A stretch of DNA of 64,000 nt from Octopus vulgaris (taxonomy: Eukaryota): assembly GCA_951406725.2 (NCBI GenBank), contig OX597828.1, forward strand, positions 57,350,001-57,414,000, written 5' to 3'. Positions 15,946-28,081 of this stretch are shown piece after piece (position 1 is the first letter of the stretch; the number at the start of each line of letters is the position of its first letter). The notes beneath the pieces are model-generated. The model searched no databases. It had not been told where the DNA came from and saw only the letters and a program-made list of their open reading frames with translations. The position numbers and the translations under genes are program-made.

Positions 15946-16455
15946 AACCCCCTTCAGTCACTACATAGACCATGGGATTGCACCTAGAAAGTTACCCTCC
16001 GAGGCAAAAGTCTGGGCAAGGTTGTTTATGGAAGACCAGCAGTCGCCCATGCATACCGGCCTCCCCTCTCCACGCCACCGATGTTATCCGAGGGAAATGC
16101 AAAGGCCGATACAGCTTGGCACCAGTGACGTCGCAGCTCATTTATTAACGTGCAAATGGCAGAGCATTCCAAGACACGTGTACTCTTGACGTAGTTCTCG
16201 GGGAGATTTAGCGTGACACAGAGTAGGAAAAGACTGGCCCTTTGAAATACAGGTACTACAGAAACAGGAAGAAAGAGCGAGAGAAATTTGTGGTGAAAGA
16301 GTCCAGCAGGGTTCACCACCACCCCTTGCCGGAGCATCGTGGAGCTTTAGGTGTTTTCGCTCAATAAACACTCACAATGCCCAGTCTGGGAATCGAAGCT
16401 GCGATCCTACGACCGCGAGTCCGCTGCCCTAACAACTGGGCCAATGCGCCTCCAC
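15946..16455 (-). mobile_element. Chimeric tRNA-derived SINE (family 2 head plus family 3 body and tail)
   Basis: 16144-16455 matches 34650-34959. 15946-16143 matches the reverse complement of 35103-35300. Confidence 0.8.
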
Positions 16456-16635
16456 GGCCTACAAGCAAATAGGTACATATTGTACCCAGGCTTTTTATTG
16501 TATATTTTACTTATTTGATTTATGTTTGCTGGCCACTTTACCATTGTTTTTAAAGATGATGAACACTTGTTTGAATTTTAAATTGCTCACTAACGTTCTT
16601 TTTGAAGTCGTGGTGCCTTCAGCTGAACAACGTTC

Positions 16636-17646
16636 ATTATATCGATGGCTGGACTTTAGGCCTTCCCATTACGGACAACAGGTGGTTGATCTTTAAAATT
16701 CATCGGTAAGTATATTAATGTAATAAATTTATGGGTATGCTATTTACATAAATATTACTTAGTACTCTTTACAAAATCATTAGTACTATTCTTTTTCTGG
16801 AGCTATTGGCGAATCCCGTTATACTAAAGTACTGAATATGTTTTTTGAAATAGTTTCTGTAGTAAGCCTAGCTGATGAGCTTTAAGTGTTGCTTCAACAC
16901 AGAAAGAGGAATCAATTGATACTAGGATGTCTATGATCTTATTTGTATTTTACTAAATGTATCTTAGAAGTGGGGCGTTTCGGAGGAATATATATGTTGT
17001 ATTCTCCGTGCATGTTGACATATAGTGAGAGATGCGTGGTTTTGGAGCGTTTTAACTCCTCTTTCAAGCAAAGCCTTTTCATAGGTCCACTAGGCTGAAT
17101 GTATTTAGGAACATTTAAACAATTACGGTTTGTCTAGTAAAGACCACCGCTTGGGACAGTGGTAGCTATTCCAGAAGATAGATTTAGTATTATAATTATA
17201 TAATTTGAAGGTAAATGCCCTAGCAACTACTTCTCGGTAATGGTAGTCTCCCCTTAACTGTAGTATTTCGCATGGTCCTAGTTTACATGTTTGGTTGGTT
17301 AATAATGGTATAAGTCGCCTTGGGCCATTTATGGCATTTGCTACTTCTCCATACTTTTTCTTTCTTCTTTTTATTTTCTTCTCTACTTCCTATAACGGCC
17401 TGAGCTTGCTCTTGGGTTTTAAATTTAACTGACCAATTATATTGATGGCTGGACTTTAGGCAATCCCATTACGGACAACAGGTGGTTGATCTTTAAAATG
17501 TATCAGTAAGTATATTAATGTAATAAATTTATGGGTATGCTATTTACATAAATATTACTTAGTACTCTTTACAAAATCATTAGTACTATTCTTTTTCTAG
17601 AGCTATTGGCGAATCCCGTTATACTAAAGTACTGAATATGTTTTTT
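16636..17646 (+). repeat. About 210-bp direct repeat pair (offset 800 bp) enclosing a hammerhead-like motif; probable Penelope pseudo-LTR remnant
   Basis: 16636-16846 is nearly identical to 17436-17646. Confidence 0.75.
16867..16926 (+). ncRNA. Minimal type I hammerhead ribozyme-like motif
   Basis: cctag-CTGATGA-gcttt...aaaga-GGAA-tcaattga-TA-ctagg: 5-bp helix I, palindromic helix III, one core deviation (GGAA for GAAA). Confidence 0.6.
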
Positions 17647-18013
17647 TATTATCTATACACCCTGATACTCCTAATGAGAGATTAACGCACCAATTAATTT
17701 TCTAGTTAAGTTATTTGCTCATCGACTTCAAGCGTTACACTGCAAAATGGTGTGATTCAAGTGTATTAAGCATTTAAATCTCGAGGCCTTCTTTATTCTA
17801 TGTATTTATCTTCACTATGAGTAAATTCTATGTGCCAGATGAGATGACCTACAGAATATGATGAATATTATTCTCAGAATTTTCTTTGGTAGCGCGCCGA
17901 CAGAGACTGGAAGCAGAAACCGCTCTTAGAAATGTTAAAGTTGTGTATTTGAAAAAAAAATCGATGGTACTCAAATTGATTCGTGATCAATTTTCTCCCT
18001 TTTCTGTTTAACT

Positions 18014-18534
18014 TATATATATATATATATCAAAATAAAAACATTTTGCAAAGGATTTAGCGGTACATATGTTTCTGGCCTTTATTAGACGGTTTATAAC
18101 AATACATAATTGATGCAAATGTGTGTCTATAGCCTTCTTCAGCCGCGTACAATTACTACTTCAAGGAAATGTATTACGTTATAAGTTTTACGTTGGGGAT
18201 GCAAATCCTCATAGTTGCGTACGACAGAGCGAGGCACCAAAACAAAATCAAAGCGTCCATCCCGTTTTTCACTCGATGTAGCATTCTACATCGAGTGAAA
18301 AACGGGATGGACGCTTTGATTTTGTTTTGGTGCCTCGCTCTGTCGTACGCAACTATGAGGATTTGCATCCCCAACGTAAAACTTATAACGTAATACATTT
18401 CCTTGAAGTAGTAATTGTACGCGGCTGAAGAAGGCTATAGACACACATTTGCATCAATTATGTATTGTTATAAACCGTCTAATAAAGGCCAGAAACATAT
18501 GTACCGCTAAATCCTTTGCATCATGTTTTTATTT

Positions 18535-18553
<19 letters not shown>
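18014..18553. repeat. Near-perfect palindrome (about 270-bp arms, 4-nt loop at 18282-18285) with a hammerhead in each arm; inverted Penelope-like pLTR
   Basis: The arms pair exactly from 18047 to 18520, then continue after 2 mismatches into (TA)n. This explains the mirror ORFs 18169-18393 (+) and 18174-18398 (-). Confidence 0.9.
18421..18507 (+). ncRNA. Minimal hammerhead ribozyme (mirror copy at 18060-18146 on the minus strand)
   Basis: gcgg-CTGAAGA-aggctatagac...gtcta..ggcca-GAAAC-atat-GTA-ccgc: intact core and palindromic helix III (ACATATGT). Confidence 0.75.
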
Positions 18554-18612
<59 letters not shown>

Positions 18613-18615
18613 ATA

Positions 18616-18756
18616 GACGTGGCTGCGTGGTGAGCAGCTTGCTTCCTAATCAAATGTTTTCGCTTTCAGTCCCACTGCGTCGCATCTTGGGGAAGTGTCT
18701 TCTAGTAAAGCCTTGTGAGTGGATTTGGTAGACGGAAACTGAAAGACCGTCGTATA
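18616..18756 (+). mobile_element. tRNA-derived SINE family 1, partial
   Basis: gtggctgcgtggtgagcagcttgc...tcagtcccactgcgt...ggatttggtagacggaaactgaaag. Confidence 0.75.
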
Positions 18757-19499
18757 TATATGAGAAATTTATCATTATTACAGTTTTTAATGGTTTAGCC
18801 CTATACATTAATGTATAGATATTTTAGGTGTTATTGTGAGAGTGCTTCATTTTCCCGTTTTGATTCGTTTTTAAGTGTTAAAATGTTTGGTTCGGCTCTG
18901 TTTGTGTCTGCTTCGTGTCAATTTCACTTTTTTGTGTTTTTGTGTTCATTTTGTAACCAGTAATTAGATTTATAATGATGAAACTCTCGGATGTACTTAC
19001 TGTTTGATTTAGTCTGTTTTGATAAGTTAGGCAATTTACCAATTTATATAGTGATGTATTGTTCTTAATTGCACGTCGCTTTCTATTTTTGAGTATCAAT
19101 TTAAACGCGGCAAAATCAATATATAAGATGTATAAGTTAATGAAAATTATTATTATTGTTGCTGCTGTTGTTGTGGTTGTTGTTGTTGTTTTTATTGTTC
19201 AACATTTGGAAGTTTCAGACAAATTTTTGCATCACCTGCTACACCACCGTTTTTGCTGGGTGGTGTGCAGCATTGTGTGTTCTTTTTTTTTGTTGGGAGT
19301 ATGCAAACTCTTCCCGAAATTGTATTAAGTCGGATGCTTTCTTTCTTTATATTTAAGAGGTGTGATGCAGTTTTTTGTTGTATTGGTGTTTGTATTGTGT
19401 GTTATGTGCGTAATACATTGGATAAGTGATCTGCTGATGGTAGTTTATTTCATTGGATGTGTACTGCATAGAGAGCGTTGTAGTTGTGGTTTGCTTTGT

Positions 19500-20100
19500 T
19501 TAGGGTTTATTAGGTCTTGAGCTGGATGTCGGTTGTTCCCATCAGTACTACTTTTTGGATAGTGTGTAGCGTTGAGCATCCGGGTCCTACGTTTTTGCTC
19601 ATATGTATTTTATCACGCCCGATGCTTTAATCATTTCTGGTATTGTTATGATCCACATTTTGACTACTTCAATTTCGAGGTCTCTGTGCGTTGACAAATT
19701 CTCCATTTCTTTTTGGACAATACTCTGGTCAGACGGGACTGAAATGTGTATCCCAGATGACTGTGACCTGGTCGTAAAATTCTACGTTGTTTGGCACATA
19801 TTTATACGATTTATTGTTAGTTTTTATGTTGCAGTTTTAGCATACTATCCAGTGGATATGATTACTTACTCGGTCGTGTCTGTACCTACATTCAGATTTG
19901 GCAAGCACTGAATATCCAGAGATAATATGGTTAACTGTCCGACCATCCTGGTTGCACATTCTGCATTTAGTATTAGGACTTGTTTTTATTATGTTGCTTT
20001 TATAGTTTTTCGTAGTGTGACGTTGATTTTGTGCAGTCATTCCGTGTCAGCTTTTAGTTCAGTGCTTTTGAGCCGGTGTTTGCTTTTACTTCTCTTTGAT
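19500..20100 (-). mobile_element. Highly degenerate RLE-type LINE 3' fragment
   Basis: KCRMC...TVNHIISG...RHDRV...HW motif, next to (TAT)n at 20231-20390. Confidence 0.75.
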
Positions 20101-20230
20101 ATTGTTTAGATAATGTTTAGAGATTAAAGTGTTTTGGGAAATACATAGACAATATTTTCTTATTATTTTTCTTCTTCTTCTCCTACATATTTTTCTTTTT
20201 GTTCTGCTTCCACCTCCTCCTCATCTTCTA

Positions 20231-20391
<161 letters not shown>

Positions 20392-21799
20392 TTTCAGCTT
20401 ATTTTGCTGCACATGATGGAATGCAGCACAACCATAAATGTGCGGCATGGTGATCTCATATCGAGATAGAGAGCGTATGCCCTTTCAGGCGGGGCCCAAT
20501 TTGAATCTCTTTAAGTCGAGTAGCCGAAATTCTCATCGTGTATTGCTGGGTACGATGGGATACATCACAACTACAAGTGTGCGACATGATGATCTCACAT
20601 CGTATGATCCTCCTGGTGGGAACCGATTTGAATTTTATTTCGGTCGAGTAGTCCATCTCGCCCAAAAGATCCCTGAAAAGGGTTTATTTAAAGATGATGA
20701 ATGGAACACCCATGATTCTAGAGGTGAATTATTCAAACTCCAAAGAATTCCTCTCAGCACATGGCTATAATTCTTCCCTATTACTCCTGGTCAGGATCAG
20801 AGATGTACGCATCATCAGTCACTAAGGAACATGCTGGCCTTTTTGAGGTCAAACAACTGACAAGCTAATCTGTGGTACAGAGCGGAATATTTGTTGTAGC
20901 CCATCTCTTATACCAAGAGAAAACATGTATATGATAACACTTCCAATTAGTTAAGATCACGTGCCATGAGAACCAGTGGCTGGTATTCCATCAGGAAGAA
21001 TTATATTTATTATTACTAATGCACTGGTATCAACGTGATCTAAAATTACTAAAATTACTAAAATTACTTGTCTTGAGCCGACATTTGAAAAATACGCGTT
21101 ACAAACTTTTCGCTTTTCCATTTGAGTTATTCAAAGTTATTCAAATAGTTATCAATAGTTCATTGTTTCCTAACATATTTATTTTTTTTTAATCCTTGTT
21201 CGTAAACACCTGACATTTATTCTCTATTATCCAATGCAGAAACAAAAGTTACGCCACATTTTTTATGACTGAAAGCTCTGAATAATTTCGTTTCGTGACG
21301 ATGATGTACGAAGAACACATATATAAGGAAAAAGGTTGTATTGAAAGAATCATGTTTGTGATTCTTAATATTCTTCGGAATATTGAAAAGTCTTGACGGT
21401 TAAAGATATTTTTTATGATTTAATATAATCGCTCATTCTTTGGAAATTTATAAATATATGGCGTTGTAAATGACTGTCATTATTCATAACCTGAATTTTT
21501 TCTTAAAACTTGTAACAACCTGCAGCAGAAATATTTACTTCGTTAAGACAAGTGGAAATGTTAATATAGACTAATACACATTTTTTATCAATATCACTTG
21601 GAATCCGTATTACAGGCTTTAATCGGCACATACATATAGTCACAGGTCTTAAAATCACAACCTGAGTGAGTGTGTATGTTGCAAGTAATTTTATTAAACC
21701 TATTAAACCTACTTCTTTAGAAGTACTGGTTCCGTTACTTAACTCATCTTTCTGGGAAATGTTACCGACAGTTACTTTGATAGACAGCTTTAAAATACC

Positions 21800-22247
21800 C
21801 CTAGACAGATATTTGTTCTGATCTTGTTTGTTATTAACACAACGTTTCGGCTGATATACCCCCCAGCCTTCACCAGGTGTCTTGGGGAAATTTTGAACCT
21901 GGGTTCTCGTTCCTATGGTATTTTTCGATATGACCTTGTGGTTAAGAGCGTGGGCTATAAAACCCAATATTCCGAGTTCGATTCTAGGCAGTGACCTGTA
22001 TAATGATAATTAAAAAAGAAGAAGAACAACAACAACAACAACAAAAAAAACAAACAAAAAGAATTATTACCATTACTTTTATTATAGCAGCGAAAAATAC
22101 CTTAGGAATGTGGAATTTCTCCAAGACACCTGATGAAGGCTGAAGGGTATATCAGCCAAAACGTGTTAACAACAAACAAGATGAGGACAAATATCCGTCA
22201 TGTGTAAATAACGTACATAATTCCTCATACCTTAAATATAGAACTGT
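21800..22247. mobile_element. Back-to-back copies of a tRNA-headed repeat with a hammerhead-like 3' part
   Basis: The minus copy at about 21800-21930 has GAAACGTT intact and CTGGTGA. The plus copy has A/B-box-like tgtggttaagagcg / gagttcgattct at 21932-21996, simple repeats, then CTGATGA at 22130. Confidence 0.65.
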
Positions 22248-22273
22248 ATTCCACCTTCCGTCTTTCATTTGCC

Positions 22274-22330
<57 letters not shown>

Positions 22331-22599
22331 AGTGTGTGTGTGTGTGTGTATGTGTGTGTGTTTAATTAATCCAAACAAGAAACAACAAGAACGCGAGGAC
22401 GTGGTACAAGTACTCTATTATCAGACGCTCACTATTTTTTACGGTTTTATTCTTGTACGTTTGTCATGAAACAGCAACAAAAAATTGAATATAAAAACAT
22501 ATAATGTAATTGAGATGCCAACTATTTTAGCATTGGTTTCAACAACTAATATTCTAGACATTCATCGCATTTTTAACGATTCTAATAGAGATGAAAGCG

Positions 22600-22825
22600 T
22601 TACTCTTTTACTCTTTTACGTTTTTCAGTCATTTGACTGTGACCATGTTGGAGCACCGCCTTTAGTCGAGCAAATCGACCCCAGGACATATTCTTTGTAA
22701 GCCTGGTACTTAGTCTATCGGTCTCTTTTGCCGAACCGTTAAGTTACGGAGAAGTAAACCCGCCAGCAACGGTTGTCAAGCGATGTTGGGAGGGGGAGGG
22801 CAAACGCAGACACGCAAACACACAC

Positions 22826-22856
<31 letters not shown>

Positions 22857-23030
22857 CATATTCACGACGGGCTTCTTTCAGTTTCCGTCTACCAAAACCA
22901 TCCACAAGGCTTTGGTCGGCCCGAGGCTTTAGTAGAAGACACTTGCCCAAGGTACCACGCAGTGGGACTGAACCCGGAACCATGTGGTTCGTAAGCAAGC
23001 TACGTACCACACAGCCACTCCTACGCCTAT
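22600..23030 (-). mobile_element. tRNA-derived SINE family 1, near full length
   Basis: Head ggcgtaggagtggctgtgtggta...ggttccgggttcagtccc, internal (TA/TG)n, tail ...gctcgactaaaggcggtgctcca...gtaaaagagtaaaagag. Confidence 0.85.
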
Positions 23031-23129
23031 AGGTAATATTTGATGAATTATGGTGTCAAAATTTAGCACAAGGTTAATAATTTGAGGGCACTGAGCTAAA
23101 TTGTTTACATAAACTACAGTGCTCAACTG

Positions 23130-23262
23130 ATATATTAATTTCATCGACCCCTAATGGGTGAATGTGGACCATGGGGTAATCTGAACTTAGAACGTGAAAA
23201 CAGGAAAACAGCCGATGAGCATTTGGCCCGGCGTGCTAATGATTCTGTCCGATCGCCGCCTT
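23130..23262 (-). mobile_element. SINE family 4, degenerate
   Basis: atcgacccc...gaact...catttggcccggcgtgctaa matches 28330-28445. Confidence 0.6.
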
Positions 23263-23880
23263 GCATCAGCATCAGCAATATAATCGAGATTTTATAAAAC
23301 AAAACTAAAAGACATATTTGATTTTGAATACTTTATTCACTCAATATAATATTATTAGAAAAAAAATGAAGAAATATTTCATAGTAACATGGAATATGTA
23401 TATTAATATATTTATATATATATGTGAGCACACACTAAACATTTTCTTGTGTTAGTTTTAAACGTACATTACAGATTTTCATTGTGCTATGAACTATGAT
23501 ACATTTCAGAAAAGTTCGCATAACGATCGTCAATATATCAGATTGAATATATTACAAAAACGTCCACACTAAATATGAGTGAATGGGATATTCCTCATGG
23601 TGTTATTGTGGTGGAGATTTGTAGCTTTTTGATATTTAAGATGTGTATCTTTTCATTAATAAATCTCAATGAATGAACTAGATCTCGATTGCAGTAGAAC
23701 ACTAAGTCTTCGGAATTTAACATTGCTTTTATTATAATATGCAAAAAAAGGCATCGAAACTTTGATTTCTTAAGGTGCATTTTTTATCGTTTGTTTTTGG
23801 CTCAGAACGGAAGTCAGTAAGTTGATGGGTTCAACAGTGTGTTTGTGCATCAACTTAAGTATTGTATTCATCTGAATCTA

Positions 23881-23914
<34 letters not shown>

Positions 23915-23926
<12 letters not shown>

Positions 23927-24960
23927 TCAGAGATAAATCCATTATTATGAAACTCAAACAGTGACAGACATAAACAAAAACATAAAAAACAAATAATATA
24001 TATTTTTATAAAACATATAACTAGATCTCAAAATGTTTAAAAATGAATGATCAATATATAATAAGTAAAATATCTACGTACGTTTCATGGCTACAATTAA
24101 ATTCGAATTACAATTAAGTTTAAATTCAATTGAAATAAATTCGATTTAAAATTATATAGTCAATCTTCAAGTTAATGTTAATAGCTAAATATATAACCAA
24201 ATAGAGTTAAACAATATTTATTTAAAAAATAAATGAAATAATAATTTATTTTTTAACTAACTAAATTTGAAACTTAAAACATTAGGATTATTTCCTGCAA
24301 CACATTTATTATGTAAAAATTTTATTATTTAAGTTAAGAATATATATAGAAATATGTATTTATCTTTGAAAATATAATTTGATTTGAAATACATAATCAA
24401 CCATCGAATATGTTTAACTCAGTTATACTCCAATATTTAATTACCAAATTATTTAACAAAATAATCACTATTAATATTTTTAGATTTAAGTAAACATCTA
24501 ATAATTATAAAATAATAAATACATAAAAATAAGTATCTAAATTATAATCAACAAATATAATAATTAAAAATCTGAACTTTTTTCTATCAATAAATATATA
24601 AACATATAACCAAAAATAAATAAATTAGTCCATTATTGATTACATAAATATTGTAAATATCTATAGAATATACTTATGAATTACAATTTAAAAATTAAAA
24701 AGTCACATTAAAAACGTATAACCTATCTTTAAAAAAACTTATAACTATTATCATCACTATTATCATCATTATCAAAACATCTATATACCACAGTGACTAA
24801 CTAATGTCTCAAAAGTTACGTTCAGGTATAACAATTATATACTAATAATAATTAAATAAATGTACATATCTAAATTATCATTAACAAGTAAAATTATTAT
24901 AAGTTCAAATTTAACAATCAATAGTTATATAGAATACAATAAAATTTCTTAAATAAAATA
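23915..24960 (-). mobile_element. Very AT-rich Penelope-like terminal-repeat remnant with a hammerhead-like motif
   Basis: The minus strand at about 24072-24175 reads TTGAAGA-ttgactata...tgtagccat-GAAAC-gtac-GTA. The end resembles 33866-33900. Confidence 0.45.
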
Positions 24961-25995
24961 TTATTATATATAATATATATATTGAGACACTATATATACA
25001 TAAACATACGTCAATATATATCTGTTTGCGAGTTGCTGTTTTGTTTGTGTGTGTGTGTGAGCGCGTGTGTACGTAATAATTATGTATGCATGTATGAATA
25101 AGCAATTGTGTATACATTCTTTTTGAAATGTATATATTTACAAGCAGTTATATGTACGAGTGCATGAGTATAGCGATATACACAACGTTTTGAACTGTGT
25201 ATATATGATTATATTAATATATGTACGTGTATTTGAACTCGTATTTATAATTTTTGACACAAAAATATATTTGCTCTTCACTCATACATATTCGACAGAA
25301 TTTCGAAGAATTTCGTTGTAATATGTTCGCTCACAAGACTCACTGCTCATCATATAAACATTTGAAGGCACCAATCAGAAGTGCAATAGAAAGGATTTGA
25401 AACTGAGAATACAAATCTGTGAAGGGAAATCGTTAATAATATGGTCATACTTGTTCCTGTAATTTTCAATTTCAAATATTCAATGTTTCTTCGGCAAGAA
25501 ATTGTGCATTTCAAAACATCTTGATGAGCTTTCCTTTCTCTTAAGTTTACACCGCAGTAAGCAAATAAGTACTAAATATTGCGAATTACTCATGTCTATT
25601 TATGTTGCAGTAGCTGACAGGAAATGTTGTTCAAGTTTCAATTATCGTTTGTCAGATGGTGACACAATAATACACCGTCGCACATACACACATATATTCG
25701 ACGGAGTTCTGCAATGTCAATTATATCCTTGCACTTTTATTATCTGTATTACTTAAGTGGGGAAAATACAGGACAGGGCATCTTACAAATTTTTCCTCAT
25801 TGAAAATAAATAATATTTAACAGTGCTTAGTGCTTTTATCTTCAAGCAATACTGAGAAATTTCTACATATATTTGCTCCCCAGCAAAACAAAATATAATA
25901 TTCACTGCGGATCTAATATATGCTGGAGTTCGAAAAAGAACAGTACTACTATTTTTTTATAAAGATATGAAGAAAGAGTAACAAATATTATTTTC

Positions 25996-27186
25996 TTACT
26001 CCATTGGAGAAAACAACAAAGACGTGAATGATATTGAAATTATTACCAAGACTGCAATAATAAGTTTTAAAAATATCGCATCCAGTTGTATATAGTCAAT
26101 AATGAAATTTCTCTTTTTCTTACACGGGAGACCACCTTTCATTAAAATTTCGGAATGGTCCGTAGAAATAATTGAAATATCCGCAACTTTGTTTCTCTGT
26201 AATTTCTCTCTACTTTCCTCTGTTAATTTCAACTTATTTTCTTGTGATGATTGATTAACATACAGCTTGCTTATAACCACCGATCCAAGTGTGGCGATGC
26301 CACTTACCATTGACAACACCATTAAATATAAAATAAGCAGTGAAGGATATTTTGAATTAGCTGGTGTATTCTTATCCATTTGAACAAGATACAAGATATT
26401 TGATAAAAATATTGTTGTTGCTAGAGAAACTTTCTCACCTGATTCAGGAGGCAGAAGAAATACAAAAACTGTTAAAATAGTCATCATTACTGTCGGAATT
26501 AGCATAGCTATGATACCGACTGTGAGTTTACGTCGTAAATATACTGTGCCCACTACGTAAGAACTGTAGGTTTCCTGATCGCTAATACTCATATACCATT
26601 TATAATTTTCTTCGTTGGAGTACACATATAACGCAAATGATGTTAAATTTACATCATTATTATTATACGTTGCACTACACAGGCGAATTTCACATTTGTG
26701 TTCATCGAATGGATAGCTGTAAGCATTCACTTGACAATAAGTTTGTAGTAATGTAAATGATACCATTGTCAAGAACCCAGTGTAAGAAATGCGAATATCG
26801 TCCAAGCTATCTTTATCTTCTGATTGTGTCAATGAATTGCACATTACTAAATTTGGATTCCATAATTTCTTTTTTGGTACAAATATATATGTAATGTTGT
26901 TATAGTCCAAAGGGTTCCAGTTAAGATTTTCATCAGTCCAAAATGAAGAAATGATGTAGCGAGCCGTTAGTAAGTTATTTACAAAGTCCAAATCATAGAG
27001 GGTGTAAAGTGTCGTAAAAATACCTATGTTAACTGTTGTCGACAAATTCATAACGGGTTTTATATCATTGCGATAATTTGACAACAGACTATCTTTCAAT
27101 AATCTTTCGTCATTGTGCGTAGCATCGGAATTTACGATCGATATAATTGAGCAAAGAGCATAAATAAAACACTCTGTGAGCAACAT
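25996..27186 (-). CDS. Atypical nicotinic-acetylcholine-receptor-like Cys-loop channel subunit (cephalopod chemotactile-receptor-like), 396 aa, uninterrupted CDS
   Basis: Signal peptide; LL..Y....RP-like N-terminal helix; WTD..L.W.P; W.P; Cys-loop CQVNAYSYPFDEHKC (C-x13-C); M1-PESGEK-M2 with 9'Leu; M3; short cytoplasmic loop; M4 (LDAIF). No loop-C CC. Confidence 0.93.
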   Translation of the reverse strand: MLLTECFIYALCSIISIVNSDATHNDERLLKDSLLSNYRNDIKPVMNLSTTVNIGIFTTLYTLYDLDFVNNLLTARYIISSFWTDENLNWNPLDYNNITYIFVPKKKLWNPNLVMCNSLTQSEDKDSLDDIRISYTGFLTMVSFTLLQTYCQVNAYSYPFDEHKCEIRLCSATYNNNDVNLTSFALYVYSNEENYKWYMSISDQETYSSYVVGTVYLRRKLTVGIIAMLIPTVMMTILTVFVFLLPPESGEKVSLATTIFLSNILYLVQMDKNTPANSKYPSLLILYLMVLSMVSGIATLGSVVISKLYVNQSSQENKLKLTEESREKLQRNKVADISIISTDHSEILMKGGLPCKKKRNFIIDYIQLDAIFLKLIIAVLVIISISFTSLLFSPME

Positions 27187-27789
27187 TTTCTCCTACATTG
27201 AACATTTAAATCATCCTAATGTTTTTCTGTAAATGTTTTCATGTGAATATGAAATTGAGGAAATCTCAAAAATTTAGCTCGGATATGATTCTTGTTGAAT
27301 GAATAATGTTATTGACACAGCATGACACTGTAAAGATAGACAACGAAAGTCCATTTTCCTGTGAAACGATGTTTCGCACAATTCGCAATGTATAAGATTT
27401 ACTATTTATAGAAAAGTACTGTACGTTAGCAAACATAGGGAAAATATAATTTTGCCATTAGAAATGTTATTCTGATTGATTAGTTCCATAAAAATTCCAT
27501 AAAAGTTCTATTTAGACATACATTTCTTTGCTTTGACTAGTCATTTTAACCTATTCATTTATCCTCGCTTAGTTCATTGGATTAAGATCGTGATGCGCTT
27601 ATGGATATTATTTCACTTCTCAAATATTTTTAATTACCTTGGTAACTTTATATCATACGTTGTAATTCTTTTTTTTCGATTGCTCCAGCGAAAGCCACAC
27701 TTTCGAATGTTTTGCTTTGATGTAATTCAAGGAAATTGCAGATTGCCGAATAATTTGCAACTGATTAACTGACAGGATGAATCAGGAAC

Positions 27790-27800
27790 CTGAAAAAGTT
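27790..27800 (-). promoter_or_regulatory. Conserved TTTCAG motif (candidate 3' splice acceptor of a 5'-UTR intron)
   Basis: The same motif and context (TTTCAG-RTT-SCTGA) lies about 570-600 nt upstream of all three ATGs (27790, 43144, 60362). Confidence 0.45.
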
Positions 27801-28081
27801 CAGTGATATGTTATATAATCGAAAACAAAATTTAAGTGAAACAAGTTCAAATGCTAGTTTAATGAGAGGCTGCAAACACATTATTATGACAGAACACATA
27901 CCGGGGCTGAAAGTCGTAGCGCAAAATTAAATATTAAAGACGAGGGGCTACTTTATAAAACATAAAATTTTCAAATTTAATAAGAAAGTATGAACTTCAT
28001 CTCATTTATTGACGCTGATATAAATGTTTTTTTCATGATATGCTTTTTAGTTGATGTCAAAAATATTTTGTGCAAAAATAT

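Noticed and set aside
18169-18398. Pair of nearly identical 74-aa ORFs on opposite strands
   Set aside because: A consequence of the palindrome.
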